The notes beneath the pieces were generated by a model, which was not told the origin of the DNA, ran no database searches, and saw only the letters and a program-made list of their open reading frames with translations. A program made the position numbers and the translations under genes. DNA of 32,000 nucleotides from Flavobacteriaceae bacterium (GTDB lineage Bacteria > Bacteroidota > Bacteroidia > Flavobacteriales > Flavobacteriaceae), in assembly GCA_965224465.1 (NCBI GenBank), contig OZ245049.1, positions 750,001 through 782,000 of the forward strand. Direction: 5' to 3'. Shown piece after piece: positions 21,201-29,287 of the stretch (the stretch's first letter is position 1; each line of letters starts with the position of its first letter).

Positions 21201-23022
21201 CAGCAAAACCATTATTATCTCCCATTAAATTAATGGCTAAATTAAAATACAGATTGGCATTGACCTCAGTGGCAGTAATACCTATATTAGAAATAGACAC
21301 AGGAAATCCCGCTAGTGAAACCTTGTCTCGATAGCCCATATAATCCACAGCAAAAACAGGTGATTCTGTTTGCAATACTAAATTTTGAAATACAATTCCT
21401 TTAAACTCAACCAATTTTTTTTCTGGACTTCCATTGGGGTTAGTATTCCCAGTTTCAACTTTTTTACCTTCGTCCTCTAAGCTTCCTACTTGACTTGCAC
21501 TAATAGATAAACGTCCATGCAATGTAGCTTTGGGCCTAAACTCCCCATCTCTTACCGCTAGTTCAATAGTACTATTGGGTAACAATTGCCCTTTTGCATT
21601 CCAAAGACTAAAATCTATAATAGAATCGTTGCTTACATTTAATACATACGCATCGGTAGAAATAAGACCTTTGTATTTTAAGCCTATACGATCAGGGCTA
21701 CTTTTTGTGCTTTTTTCTTTTTTAGAAACAGGTAATAAAATGCGTCCTTCAATGGATGCGCCAATAAAATTATTGGCTGCCAACGAAACTTGAATATGGT
21801 CTAAGGAATACGCCCATGCTTTATTATTATTAGTTCTTCCTTGGTCTAAAGTAAAAATATTATCTGCAAAAAAAGTACCTGAAACACCGTAATTATCAAT
21901 AATAAGATGATGTGCACCAAAGGAAACACGTTGATTCTCCCCACGTTTTAAGGTGTTAGACGTCATGAATTCTGTAGGCATTTTAACCTCAACAGTATTT
22001 ACGTACACTCCTCTCCAAGAGCGTTCGTTAGGAATTAATAATCCGTTTTCGTGATAATAAGCAGGAAATGCAACTTCAGGGTCGTTCCGTAAATCACTAA
22101 AATCTAATACCGCATTATTAACAAAAAACTGAAAATTCCCTTTGTAATCTTTATTATTTCGCTTTTTAGCCATCACAAAAGGCTGTAATTCAATACCAAC
22201 TAGTAAATCATTCCAGTCAGAAGCAACAACTTTAAACCCTCCTTTTACACGGTATGGCACTTGAATAACTTGTGTACCCTTCTCTGTTTCTATCGTTTTA
22301 TTTATCTTGGTTTTAGAGAGATTAACAGTTCCTTTTTTTGGACCTTCAGACTCAATAGGCAACAATAATTCTCTCGAAAACTCCACCTCTCCTTCAATCC
22401 CAAGTTCCTTAACTCCATCACAATTAATAGTCACAAAAGTCCTGTTCTCTACATTTCCAGTTTTATAATCAAATCCACCTTTAAGAGTTAACATCCATTT
22501 CCCTCCGTTAAAAGGAAGGTGTAAATCACCTAGCAACACCAAATTAGCATCGCCTATAATCCCTCCTTGATGTGATAGTTTTACATTATTGGCTCCAAAA
22601 AAAAGTTCTATGGGATACCCATTACTATCTGTTTGTGGTAAGCGTACCCGAGCAAAAACTGTTAATTCTGTATAATCTTTATTAAATGTAGCTTCTGTGA
22701 TACCAATAGCATATTCTATATTTTCTCTTGTATGTTTAACCCCTACAGGAAGTTCTTGAATATCTTCGCTTGAAAAACTATCTACCCACGATTCATGCTC
22801 CTCAATAGCTTTAAATGAACCCGCAGCCAGATCTCTATTTTCTTTTACCACATTTGAAACTGGATATAATTTTTCCATAGCTTCCCAAGAAAATTCATGT
22901 TGAATATCCTTAAAACTGGTTGAAACCACATAGGAACTGTCCTTAGCAATTGTTATTTCTTTAGAGAAACCCAAAAAAGTGATCCCCAAAAGAATCAGAG
23001 TAACCCAAGTTCTTATTTTCAT
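18241..23022 (-). CDS. Giant secreted or envelope protein of unknown function, encoded immediately upstream of the toxin
   Basis: 1593-aa ORF with an N-terminal signal or anchor (MKIRTWVTLILLGITFLGFSKE). The body is beta-rich and Gly/aromatic-rich, with a poly-Pro hinge (PGSPPPPPIVAEILG, ~20190-20215) and Ig-like segments near the C-terminus. There is no T9SS CTD, no lipobox and no family motif that I recognise. Confidence 0.85.
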   Translation of the reverse strand: MKIRTWVTLILLGITFLGFSKEITIAKDSSYVVSTSFKDIQHEFSWEAMEKLYPVSNVVKENRDLAAGSFKAIEEHESWVDSFSSEDIQELPVGVKHTRENIEYAIGITEATFNKDYTELTVFARVRLPQTDSNGYPIELFFGANNVKLSHQGGIIGDANLVLLGDLHLPFNGGKWMLTLKGGFDYKTGNVENRTFVTINCDGVKELGIEGEVEFSRELLLPIESEGPKKGTVNLSKTKINKTIETEKGTQVIQVPYRVKGGFKVVASDWNDLLVGIELQPFVMAKKRNNKDYKGNFQFFVNNAVLDFSDLRNDPEVAFPAYYHENGLLIPNERSWRGVYVNTVEVKMPTEFMTSNTLKRGENQRVSFGAHHLIIDNYGVSGTFFADNIFTLDQGRTNNNKAWAYSLDHIQVSLAANNFIGASIEGRILLPVSKKEKSTKSSPDRIGLKYKGLISTDAYVLNVSNDSIIDFSLWNAKGQLLPNSTIELAVRDGEFRPKATLHGRLSISASQVGSLEDEGKKVETGNTNPNGSPEKKLVEFKGIVFQNLVLQTESPVFAVDYMGYRDKVSLAGFPVSISNIGITATEVNANLYFNLAINLMGDNNGFAAATSLGVIGSFEEEDYRQKWKFDGLRLDEITIKADLGGFSIEGWLKLMRDDPEYGDGFAASLTANFKSIGIKAAAKGVFGKTDFRYWQFEAMVDGFSIGTGYMNLTGFAGGASYRMKRKGFSSSFSPTGIGYTPDHDLGLGFKAMVMFNMVKDEVIKGSAGFEILFNRHGGINNMGFYGQATFLGVKIPGIEKISDLLNKVKENVDIAEKFLSTPKDDESWAGGNLMDKAANNFPQVDPSKGMDICAKMGITYDFQNDVLHGELDVTINTPGGFIQGRGPGGRAGWAVLHFAKEEWYIYIGTPEDRLGIKIGVGTVFLETGGYLMVGSKLPGSPPPPPIVAEILGVDADVLDYMRDENALKSGGGFAFGADLAIDTGDLRFLMLYARFQAGTGFDIMLRDYGEASCSNTGKQVGINGWYANGQAYAYLQGELGIQIKLFFVKKKIPIIKGGAAVLLQAKAPNPVWMRGYVGGNFNVLGGLVKGKFRFKLTIGEECEFDNGIPLGGLKIITDVSPDNGIKDLDIFAVPQVTFSMKVGVPLIIPEDDGDKTYRIDVDTFTVLYKGKEIPGVIEWSTFKDRANFVSSDILPPNKELTVRVEVSFKEKINGIFQPIMVDGKPAKEMEERTFTTGGAPNYIPLHNIKYAYPVVDQKYFLENEYAQGYIQLKRGQDYLFDDAAWESFVKYSSNNRNSKDIDFNYSTSDNKLSYKIPNISQETHYTMEIASRLKGAAVERGGDTTTHNADIGDDSGENTAIIENKQAENVSKNGEIVRLAYEFGSSKYKTFKRKINSINTNDYNWGIIYSDVIYLTNRLDDHEPFDIMELLGSNFTDHIPLVSIEATLEDSYFTADINPPLYAQYPMGGTYTFENRKVQLLGTPPKYAMPILSSYLTNLEYEVNDKTLRTTFPFRYNLGEAYKADWLDMQSQILNDYVDGLIPKGSSLLNFLDDDYLFMRYGFYETKLSYTLPGGIEGSNSTYKFKNPNRFRN

Positions 23023-23240
23023 TTTCTAATATTTTAACAAAAAAATCTATTTGAAAACATAAAAAGGAGATAGATTACATCAACAAAAAGATATATGCAT
23101 ACAATTATTGTCGAAAATAGTAAAAAAAAACTGTTAAAAAAGGTTAAACGTAAGTTTTTTCGGATTATCCATAAATACGCGCATATAATGCGAATTATAT
23201 TATTATTTGTAACTAATCCGTTTTTATTTTCAGACTAATT

Positions 23241-23396
23241 ACCAATTACAATCCAAAATAAAAGATATAAATAGTTTATATTACGTTCAAGCCTTGTTAA
23301 AAAATAGAACCATAGCTAAAGCTATCCATCCATTTTCCACCTAGCTAAACCAAAAATAATTCCATTTTTAAACCGTCACTTGGAAGTGTATTTGGT
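23241..23396. repeat. Copy A of a ~160-nt intergenic element (partner 26594..26757)
   Basis: accaattaca-atccaaaataaaagatataaatagttta...catagctaaagctatccatccatttt...ccatttttaaaccgtcacttggaagtgtatttgg aligns in the same orientation with the partner at roughly 80% identity (judged by eye). It contains a conserved hairpin atagc-taaa-gctat. Confidence 0.85.
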
Positions 23397-23461
23397 AGTA
23401 TACTTTCACAAGACAATGTTCTGTTTTGTTTTGTAGTAGTGCCACGGGGAACTATCGCCTT

Positions 23462-23501
23462 AATAAAAATTAAAAGAAGCCTCCTTCTAGAGACTTCTTT
23501 T
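23462..23501 (-). terminator. Rho-independent terminator downstream of the TonB-dependent receptor gene (hairpin usable on both strands)
   Basis: aaaagaagcctc-cttcta-gagacttctttt forms a 12-bp stem. The single C/A mismatch on the plus strand becomes a G-U pair on the minus strand. On the minus strand it is followed by AAUUUUUAUUA. Confidence 0.65.
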
Positions 23502-23660
23502 ATTACAATTTTTGAAATAATTTAATACCTCTTAAAAGCATTAGCCTCATCCCAAGAACATAAGGAAATTCTTGCGGTAAGAAAATTATTTATAGAAGAA
23601 GACTCTCCATAAACTACTTCATCAGCAAGACATTAAACAACTATTTACAACACAATAGCG

Positions 23661-26408
23661 TTAAAATTTATAATTTAACGACACGTTAAACATCGTCCCT
23701 AATTGACTAAAATGAAAACCATCATAAGTCATTTGAGAATAACGTTGATTAAACGTAATTAAATTAGATTGATTCTTTACCTGAGACGCGTCAGCTAAAA
23801 GAGCTTTCCCATCCGAATTTTCTGCTTTAAAGGACCATTCTGGAAGTACATTTAACAGATTATTTACATTTAAAGAAATCGTCATTTTTTCTGTGGCAGT
23901 ATAAGTTACGCCAAGATCCGTAACAACTTTTGGTGTAAATTCAGTTCTTAGATCATTACTCATTCCTTGTTGCTTAAAGGTAGTTTTCCCGAAATAAGTA
24001 TGATTTAACGAAAAACCAAATTTCCCCATATCATAGTTCGCACCTAAGATCCACTTTGTTTTGGGTCTAGAGGTAAAGAATAATGCTTCTTGGGTTGCAT
24101 TTACAATAGATTGACCATTTGCAGTAACAAAACTCGGATTCTTGACAGCACCTTCACGTTTATTCTGTATGGTATAATTACCTGAAAGATTTATGCCTAA
24201 TGTTCCCGAACCTAGGTGTATGTTTTTTTTACTTAACACCACATCAATTCCATCCGTCCTAGTGTCCAACGCATTGGCAAAAAAACTTATATCCGAAAGT
24301 CCTTCAAAAGCAGAAGTACTTGGAGGCGTAACCTCTGCTCCTAATACAATTCTATCTTTTACAGCAATATTATAATAATCTACCGTAAAACTCAGATTAC
24401 CAGGAAGTTTTCCACCTAAACCAATGGTGAAATTATTAGATTTCTCTGCATCCAACTTTTCTAAGCCTAACAAAGCAGCTTCAGGAGAAATATTATTTAC
24501 CAATCCCCCCACTTGAATTCCTTTGCCAGGAACAAAACTATATTGGGATTTTTGAGTATAAATCTGATGTAAGGTTGGGGCTCTAAACCCTGTAGAAATC
24601 GATGTTCTAACCGTAATATTTTTCGTAAATTTAAAACGAGAGCTCATTTTATAAACAAATGCACTTCCAAAATCGGAATAATCCTCTGCACGGACGGTAC
24701 CACTAAGTAAAAAGGCATCACTTATATCGTAATCTAAACTAAAATACCCTCCTAAATTATACCGATTCCACTTTCCTGAGTTCTGAGGAGTATTCCCTGC
24801 GAATGAATCTGCACCACCCCCATCATAAGATGCTATGCTACCTTGGATAACCTCAAAAATTTCGGATCTAAATTCCATTCCAAAACCGATGCTAATTTTA
24901 TCAGACAGCACCTTATTTATATCCATATTCCCTACAGTGTGAGAGAAACTAGTACCTCCTGGATCAAAAGAAACAGGACTGTTTTCACGGTATAAAGAAA
25001 CAGGTTCAAATTTATTTGTGCTCGGATTCCAAGAAGGCGTATAAACAAAATTTCTATTGTGAGAATCATTTACTTTATACAATTGACTATTACCTCCAAT
25101 GGTAAAACTCAAATCTATATTCCAATCATTCTTAATTGTTTTAAAACCAACAGTACCATTATAATCGTTTAGATCTCCTTCAAAAGTAGGTACATATCCA
25201 TCATATCCTCCCGCATTTGAAGGGTGTTTACCAGGAAAAAAATCGGCTAAATAAGGATAATCTGCCAAGGTTCTCCAATAAGGAGTTCTATAATTAGCAA
25301 AACTATTTACTTTTTTATAAACATACGCTGCATTGGCATACATTACGGTATGTTCGCTAAGATCAAATCCTGCATTGATAGAAAATCTTGCCGCAACCGT
25401 CTTAGGCGCTCCATTTATATTTCCTGCATCTGGATGGCGGGACAAAAACTCTTCAACAACTGCTATGTCAGCACCAAAATCTGCAGCTTCACCTGCAGCA
25501 TCAACTTTACCTGGCCTGTTGGATTGGTTTACTTTAGAAAAATCGATGGTATAATTAACAAATCCTTTATCTTTTCCTATGGAAGAACCATCATTAACGG
25601 CGATACCAAACATTTCACCATCACCTTCACTCGTCAATCCAGTTCTCAATGTTATGGATCCCTTATCCACTTCATCTTTTAAAATAATATTCATTACACC
25701 TGCAATAGCATCCGAACCATATTGAGCAGAAGCACCGTCTCTTAATATTTCCACTCGTTTAATAGCATCCGTTGGAATTGCAGAAATATCTGCTCCTGTT
25801 TCTCCTCGGCCAGGAGATGTCTGTGTATACAATAACGAACTTAAATTTTTACGTTTTCCATTGATAAGAATCAATGTTCTACTAGGTCCCATATTTCTAA
25901 TTTCGTAAGGGTCTAACAAAGATGTCGCATCGTTCACGGGGGTTTGCACCGTATTAAATGAAGGAATCTTATACTGTAGTGCCTTATCAAAAGTTACTTG
26001 ACCGGTAGCCATCAACTCCTTGGCACCTACAACATCTACGGGTAAAGGAGTATCCGAATTGCTACGAGGAGCCGTTCTTGAGCCAACAATAATTACTTCA
26101 TCTAAATTTGATGTATCAGATAAAACAACATGTAATACCTGAGGTTTATGGAGTCTTTTTATAAAGGTTCCATAACCAATAGAAGATACTGCAATAGTAA
26201 CAGGGAATTTTTTTACGAGGAGAATAAATTTCCCGTCATCATCTGTAGAAACACCATTTCTTGTGCCTCTTTCAATAACAGATGCGTAAGGAACTGCATT
26301 GCCCTGATGGTCGACAACAGTACCTGTAATCTGTTGTGCATTGATACAAAAAGGAAAAATAAATAAAATAAAAAGGGAAAGTTTTTTTTGAAGTTTAACT
26401 TTTTTCAT
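23661..26408 (-). CDS. TonB-dependent outer-membrane receptor with an N-terminal carboxypeptidase-regulatory-like domain; substrate unknown
   Basis: 915-aa ORF with signal peptide MKKVKLQKKLSLFILFIFPFCINAQ. It has a CarboxypepD_reg-like segment (ITGTVVDHQGNAVPYASVIERGTRNGVSTDDDGKFIL), a plug region (LDEVIIVGSR...RVEILRDGASAQYGSDAIAGVMNIILK), a long beta-barrel and a terminal aromatic residue (...FNVSLNYKF). No susD-like partner is adjacent. Confidence 0.92.
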   Translation of the reverse strand: MKKVKLQKKLSLFILFIFPFCINAQQITGTVVDHQGNAVPYASVIERGTRNGVSTDDDGKFILLVKKFPVTIAVSSIGYGTFIKRLHKPQVLHVVLSDTSNLDEVIIVGSRTAPRSNSDTPLPVDVVGAKELMATGQVTFDKALQYKIPSFNTVQTPVNDATSLLDPYEIRNMGPSRTLILINGKRKNLSSLLYTQTSPGRGETGADISAIPTDAIKRVEILRDGASAQYGSDAIAGVMNIILKDEVDKGSITLRTGLTSEGDGEMFGIAVNDGSSIGKDKGFVNYTIDFSKVNQSNRPGKVDAAGEAADFGADIAVVEEFLSRHPDAGNINGAPKTVAARFSINAGFDLSEHTVMYANAAYVYKKVNSFANYRTPYWRTLADYPYLADFFPGKHPSNAGGYDGYVPTFEGDLNDYNGTVGFKTIKNDWNIDLSFTIGGNSQLYKVNDSHNRNFVYTPSWNPSTNKFEPVSLYRENSPVSFDPGGTSFSHTVGNMDINKVLSDKISIGFGMEFRSEIFEVIQGSIASYDGGGADSFAGNTPQNSGKWNRYNLGGYFSLDYDISDAFLLSGTVRAEDYSDFGSAFVYKMSSRFKFTKNITVRTSISTGFRAPTLHQIYTQKSQYSFVPGKGIQVGGLVNNISPEAALLGLEKLDAEKSNNFTIGLGGKLPGNLSFTVDYYNIAVKDRIVLGAEVTPPSTSAFEGLSDISFFANALDTRTDGIDVVLSKKNIHLGSGTLGINLSGNYTIQNKREGAVKNPSFVTANGQSIVNATQEALFFTSRPKTKWILGANYDMGKFGFSLNHTYFGKTTFKQQGMSNDLRTEFTPKVVTDLGVTYTATEKMTISLNVNNLLNVLPEWSFKAENSDGKALLADASQVKNQSNLITFNQRYSQMTYDGFHFSQLGTMFNVSLNYKF

Positions 26409-26518
26409 GTTTAATATTTTTAAGTTATTTCTTGCAATATTAACAATTTATTAACGTAAACCAAGCATAATTAAATATAATACAATAAAATCACCTAAAC
26501 ATCATCAATAACATATTG

Positions 26519-26547
26519 CAAAAATAAACACATAATCATAAAACAAA
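26519..26547 (-). promoter_or_regulatory. Candidate Bacteroidota-type promoter for the TonB-dependent receptor gene (-33 TTTG / -7 TAnnTTTG)
   Basis: The minus strand reads TATTTTTG (26526..26519), an exact match to TAnnTTTG. A TTTG lies at 26547..26544, leaving a 17-nt spacer, slightly shorter than the usual ~19-21. The box is ~110 nt upstream of the ATG. Confidence 0.3.
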
Positions 26548-26593
26548 AGCGATTATTTTCTAAACAGGAATTTTAGGGATCCATCATAGTGAT

Positions 26594-26757
26594 ACCAATT
26601 ATAAATTAAAATCCAAAATGACCGATATAAATAGTTTGTGCTGCGTTTTAGCGTTGTTGAAAAACAGAACGATAGCTAAGGCTATCCATCCATTTTTTGC
26701 TTAGCTAAAACAAAAAAAAAAATCCATTTCTAAACCGTCACTTGGAAATGTATTTGA
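26594..26757. repeat. Copy B of the ~160-nt intergenic element (partner 23241..23396)
   Basis: accaattataaattaaaatccaaaatgaccgatataaatagtttg...gatagctaaggctatccatccatttt...ccatttctaaaccgtcacttggaaatgtatttga. Confidence 0.85.
26618..26704 (+). CDS. Hypothetical 28-aa micro-ORF inside repeat copy B (very tentative)
   Basis: ATG...TAG encodes MTDINSLCCVLALLKNRTIAKAIHPFFA. The homologous frame in copy A (23264-23344: DINSLYYVQALLKNRTIAKAIHPFST*) ends at the same TAG. Of 15 nucleotide differences, 9 are at third codon positions and 6 codons differ only synonymously. Copy A has no canonical start codon. Confidence 0.2.
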   Translation: MTDINSLCCVLALLKNRTIAKAIHPFFA

Positions 26758-26771
26758 TATTAGATCTGAAT

Positions 26772-26802
26772 AAAAAAAACCCGTGAATAAATTCACAGGT
26801 TT
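26772..26802 (-). terminator. Rho-independent terminator of sucD (bidirectional hairpin)
   Basis: aaacccgtgaa-taaa-ttcacaggttt forms an 11-bp stem with one G-U pair on the minus strand. On the minus strand it is followed by an 8-U tract. It lies 28 nt downstream of the sucD stop. Confidence 0.8.
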
Positions 26803-26829
26803 CTTTATAAAATATTTTATACGAAGAGA

Positions 26830-27702
26830 TTAGCCCAATACTTCGGCAATTTTAGCACCAATTTTTGCTGGAGATTCTACTACGTAGATTCCGTTTTCAG
26901 CTAAGATTTTCATTTTAGCTTCTGCTGTATCGTCAGCTCCTCCAACAATTGCACCTGCATGTCCCATGGTACGACCAGCTGGAGCAGTTTGCCCTGCAAT
27001 AAAACCGACTACTGGTTTGCGATTTCCGTCAGCTTTTACCCAACGGGCAGCTTCCGCTTCCAAATTCCCACCAATTTCACCAATCATTACAATGGCATCA
27101 GTTTCATCATCGTTCATTAAAAGCTCTACAGCTTCTTTTGTAGTGGTTCCAATAATTGGATCTCCACCAATACCTATGGCTGTTGTAATACCATAACCTT
27201 GTTTTACTACCTGATCAGCAGCTTCGTAGGTTAAAGTTCCTGATTTAGAAACAATTCCAACACGTCCTTTTTTAAAGATAAATCCTGGCATGATTCCAAC
27301 TTTAGCCTCATCAGCAGTAATTACTCCTGGGCAGTTAGGACCAATCAAACGACAGTCTTTAGATTTAATATATTCTTTTACTTTTACCATATCCGCCACT
27401 GGGATTCCTTCGGTAATACAAATAATTACTTTAATTCCTGCCTCTGCTGCTTCCATAATTGCATCTGCGGCAAATGCAGGTGGTACAAATATAATACTTG
27501 TATCAGCTCCAGCCGTATCTACAGCTTCTTTCACAGTGTTAAATACAGGTTTGTCTAAGTGAGTTTGACCGCCTTTACCTGGGGTAACACCACCTACAAC
27601 ATTGGTTCCATACTCCATCATTTGACCCGCGTGAAACGTACCTTCTCCTCCAGTAAATCCTTGAACTATAACTTTTGAATTTTTATTAACTAAAACACTC
27701 AT
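26830..27702 (-). CDS. sucD: Succinate--CoA ligase (ADP-forming) subunit alpha
   Basis: 290-aa ORF. It shows [53 protein letters not shown], and the phosphohistidine loop [11 protein letters not shown]. Confidence 0.95.
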   Translation of the reverse strand: MSVLVNKNSKVIVQGFTGGEGTFHAGQMMEYGTNVVGGVTPGKGGQTHLDKPVFNTVKEAVDTAGADTSIIFVPPAFAADAIMEAAEAGIKVIICITEGIPVADMVKVKEYIKSKDCRLIGPNCPGVITADEAKVGIMPGFIFKKGRVGIVSKSGTLTYEAADQVVKQGYGITTAIGIGGDPIIGTTTKEAVELLMNDDETDAIVMIGEIGGNLEAEAARWVKADGNRKPVVGFIAGQTAPAGRTMGHAGAIVGGADDTAEAKMKILAENGIYVVESPAKIGAKIAEVLG

Positions 27703-27746
27703 ATGGTTTAAAATTTTTAATTATTTGCTCTTTCTTTTATTGAATA

Positions 27747-27754
27747 CAAATGTA
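27747..27754 (-). promoter_or_regulatory. Candidate -7 box (TAcaTTTG) for sucD
   Basis: The minus strand reads TACATTTG, an exact match to the Bacteroidota TAnnTTTG consensus. It lies 45 nt upstream of the sucD ATG in the 82-nt spacer after lpxD2. I saw no clean -33 TTTG. Confidence 0.3.
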
Positions 27755-27784
27755 ATTGATTAATTAAATTACGAAAACATTTTC

Positions 27785-28708
27785 TTACTTTTTTTCATTA
27801 CTTAACATTCTTTTAATTTCTGCCATCTCTTTTAACTTTTCTCTAGACTCAGAAATGGGTGTTCCAAAATAGGTTTTACCTCCTTCAATAGATTTTGTGA
27901 CACCCGATTGTCCTAAGACGATTGCCTTTTTTCCAATACAAATTCCGCTCGTAGTTCCAACCTGTCCCCATATTGTTACTTCATCTTCAATAACCACACA
28001 ACCCGCAATTCCTGTTTGTGAAGCAATCAGACATTTTTCTCCAATAATGGTATCGTGACCAATTTGCACTTGATTGTCTATTTTTGTTCCTTTTTTAATG
28101 GTTGTAGCTCCAGTAACACCTCTATCTATAGTACACAAAGCACCTAAATCTACATTATCCTCTATAAGTACGGTCCCTCCAGAAATAAGTTTATCATATC
28201 CACTTGGACGATTTTTATAATAAAAAGCATCGGCTCCTATAGTAGTTCCTGCATGGATGGTTACATTGTTCCCTATAGTTGTTCCATCATAAATAACTAC
28301 ATTGGGATGGATGATACAATCAGTACCAATCACCACATTGTTACCTATAAACACATTTGGTTGAACAATGGTGTTTTTCCCAATTTTAGCAGAATTAGCC
28401 ACGGCTTTATCTGCTTTTATAAATGGATTAAAATGTTTGGTAAGGGTATTAAAATCACGAAAAGGATCGTCAGAAATTAATAACGCTTTCCCTTTTGGGC
28501 AATCCACTTCTTTATTAATTAATACAATTGTAGCTGCAGACTTAAGAGCTTTATCGTAGTATTTTGGATGATCTACAAACACAATATCACCTGACGCTAC
28601 TACGTGGATTTCGTTCATTCCCAAAACAGGAAAATTGGCGTCCCCTACATAGGTTGAACCAATAATCGCCGCAATTTCTTGCAGCGATTGGGCTTTATCA
28701 AACTTCAT
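27785..28708 (-). CDS. lpxD: UDP-3-O-acylglucosamine N-acyltransferase, short paralog
   Basis: 307-aa ORF with an LpxD-type N-terminal domain (MKFDKAQSLQEIAAIIGSTYVGDANFPVLGMNEIHVVASGDIVFVDHPKY) followed by left-handed beta-helix hexapeptide repeats (IGKNTIVQPNVFIGNNVVIGTDCIIHPNVVIYDGTTIGNNVTI...). Confidence 0.85.
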   Translation of the reverse strand: MKFDKAQSLQEIAAIIGSTYVGDANFPVLGMNEIHVVASGDIVFVDHPKYYDKALKSAATIVLINKEVDCPKGKALLISDDPFRDFNTLTKHFNPFIKADKAVANSAKIGKNTIVQPNVFIGNNVVIGTDCIIHPNVVIYDGTTIGNNVTIHAGTTIGADAFYYKNRPSGYDKLISGGTVLIEDNVDLGALCTIDRGVTGATTIKKGTKIDNQVQIGHDTIIGEKCLIASQTGIAGCVVIEDEVTIWGQVGTTSGICIGKKAIVLGQSGVTKSIEGGKTYFGTPISESREKLKEMAEIKRMLSNEKK

Positions 28709-28711
28709 GAA

Positions 28712-29278
28712 TTAAGCTTTTACTCTTTCTTGATACGTCCCTTTGGTCGTTTCAATTTTAATTTTATCTCCTTCGTTAATAAATAAAGGAACATTTACCT
28801 TTGCTCCAGTCTCTACAGTTGCAGGTTTGGTAGCATTTGTAGCCGTATTTCCTTTCACTCCAGGTTCTGCATGCGTCACTTCTAAAATAACACTCAACGG
28901 CATGTCTACAGACAATGGTGAATCATCTTCTGTATTTATAATTACAGTTACAATTTCACCTTCTTTTAACAAGTCAGCGCCGTCAATAATATTTTTTTGC
29001 AATGTTATTTGATTGTAATCAATCACATTCATAAAGTGCATAAGGTCACCTTCTGGATATAAAAATTGAAACTTATGAGTTTCTACTCTCACTTCATCAA
29101 TTTTACGACCTGCAGGAAAAGTGTTGTCCAATACTTTTCCAGAGGTTACACTCTTTAATTTGGTACGTACAAACGCAGGACCTTTTCCTGGTTTAACGTG
29201 TAAAAATTCTATAACTTTAAAAATGTCGTTGTTATGTCTGATACATAAACCGTTTCTAATGTCTGATGTTGATGCCAT
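28712..29278 (-). CDS. efp: Translation elongation factor P
   Basis: 188-aa ORF: MASTSDIRNGLCIRHNNDIFKVIEFLHVKPGKGPAFVRTKLKSVTSGKVLDNTF... The length and KPGKG loop are typical of EF-P. Confidence 0.95.
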   Translation of the reverse strand: MASTSDIRNGLCIRHNNDIFKVIEFLHVKPGKGPAFVRTKLKSVTSGKVLDNTFPAGRKIDEVRVETHKFQFLYPEGDLMHFMNVIDYNQITLQKNIIDGADLLKEGEIVTVIINTEDDSPLSVDMPLSVILEVTHAEPGVKGNTATNATKPATVETGAKVNVPLFINEGDKIKIETTKGTYQERVKA

Positions 29279-29287
29279 AATTGTATG

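Noticed and set aside
366-21793. Numerous 60-160-aa plus-strand ORFs in the track (for example 366..551, 614..802, 2930..3412, 5874..6149, 7972..8265, 13071..13364, 18757..19089, 19445..19798, 21530..21793), plus minus-strand 832..1014 and 17142..17324.
   Set aside because: All lie antisense to, or out of frame within, long well-supported minus-strand ORFs. They have low-complexity or hydrophobic junk translations. Those at 366-1014 simply reappear at 16676-17324 because of the 1.68-kb duplication. I treat them as shadow ORFs.
1-23022. Mobile genetic element or genomic island borders (integrase, transposase, tRNA att site) for the accessory block.
   Set aside because: No transposase or integrase-like translation, tRNA gene or terminal inverted repeat is visible. 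The island's left border lies outside the window, so mobility cannot be claimed.
23023-23240. Promoter of the toxin operon. I looked for TTTG-N19-21-TAnnTTTG upstream of the 1593-aa gene.
   Set aside because: There is no exact TAnnTTTG box in the 220 nt before the ATG. The only exact match (TATTTTTG, 23358..23351) lies inside repeat copy A, 330 nt upstream, with no -33 partner, and it is not conserved in copy B. This is too weak to annotate.
26409-26600. Riboswitch (cobalamin, TPP or similar) in the long leader of the TonB-dependent receptor gene.
   Set aside because: The 190 nt upstream of the ATG are extremely AT-rich with no GC-paired helices or recognisable conserved cores. The only structured conserved sequence nearby is the ~160-nt repeat, which does not resemble any riboswitch I know.
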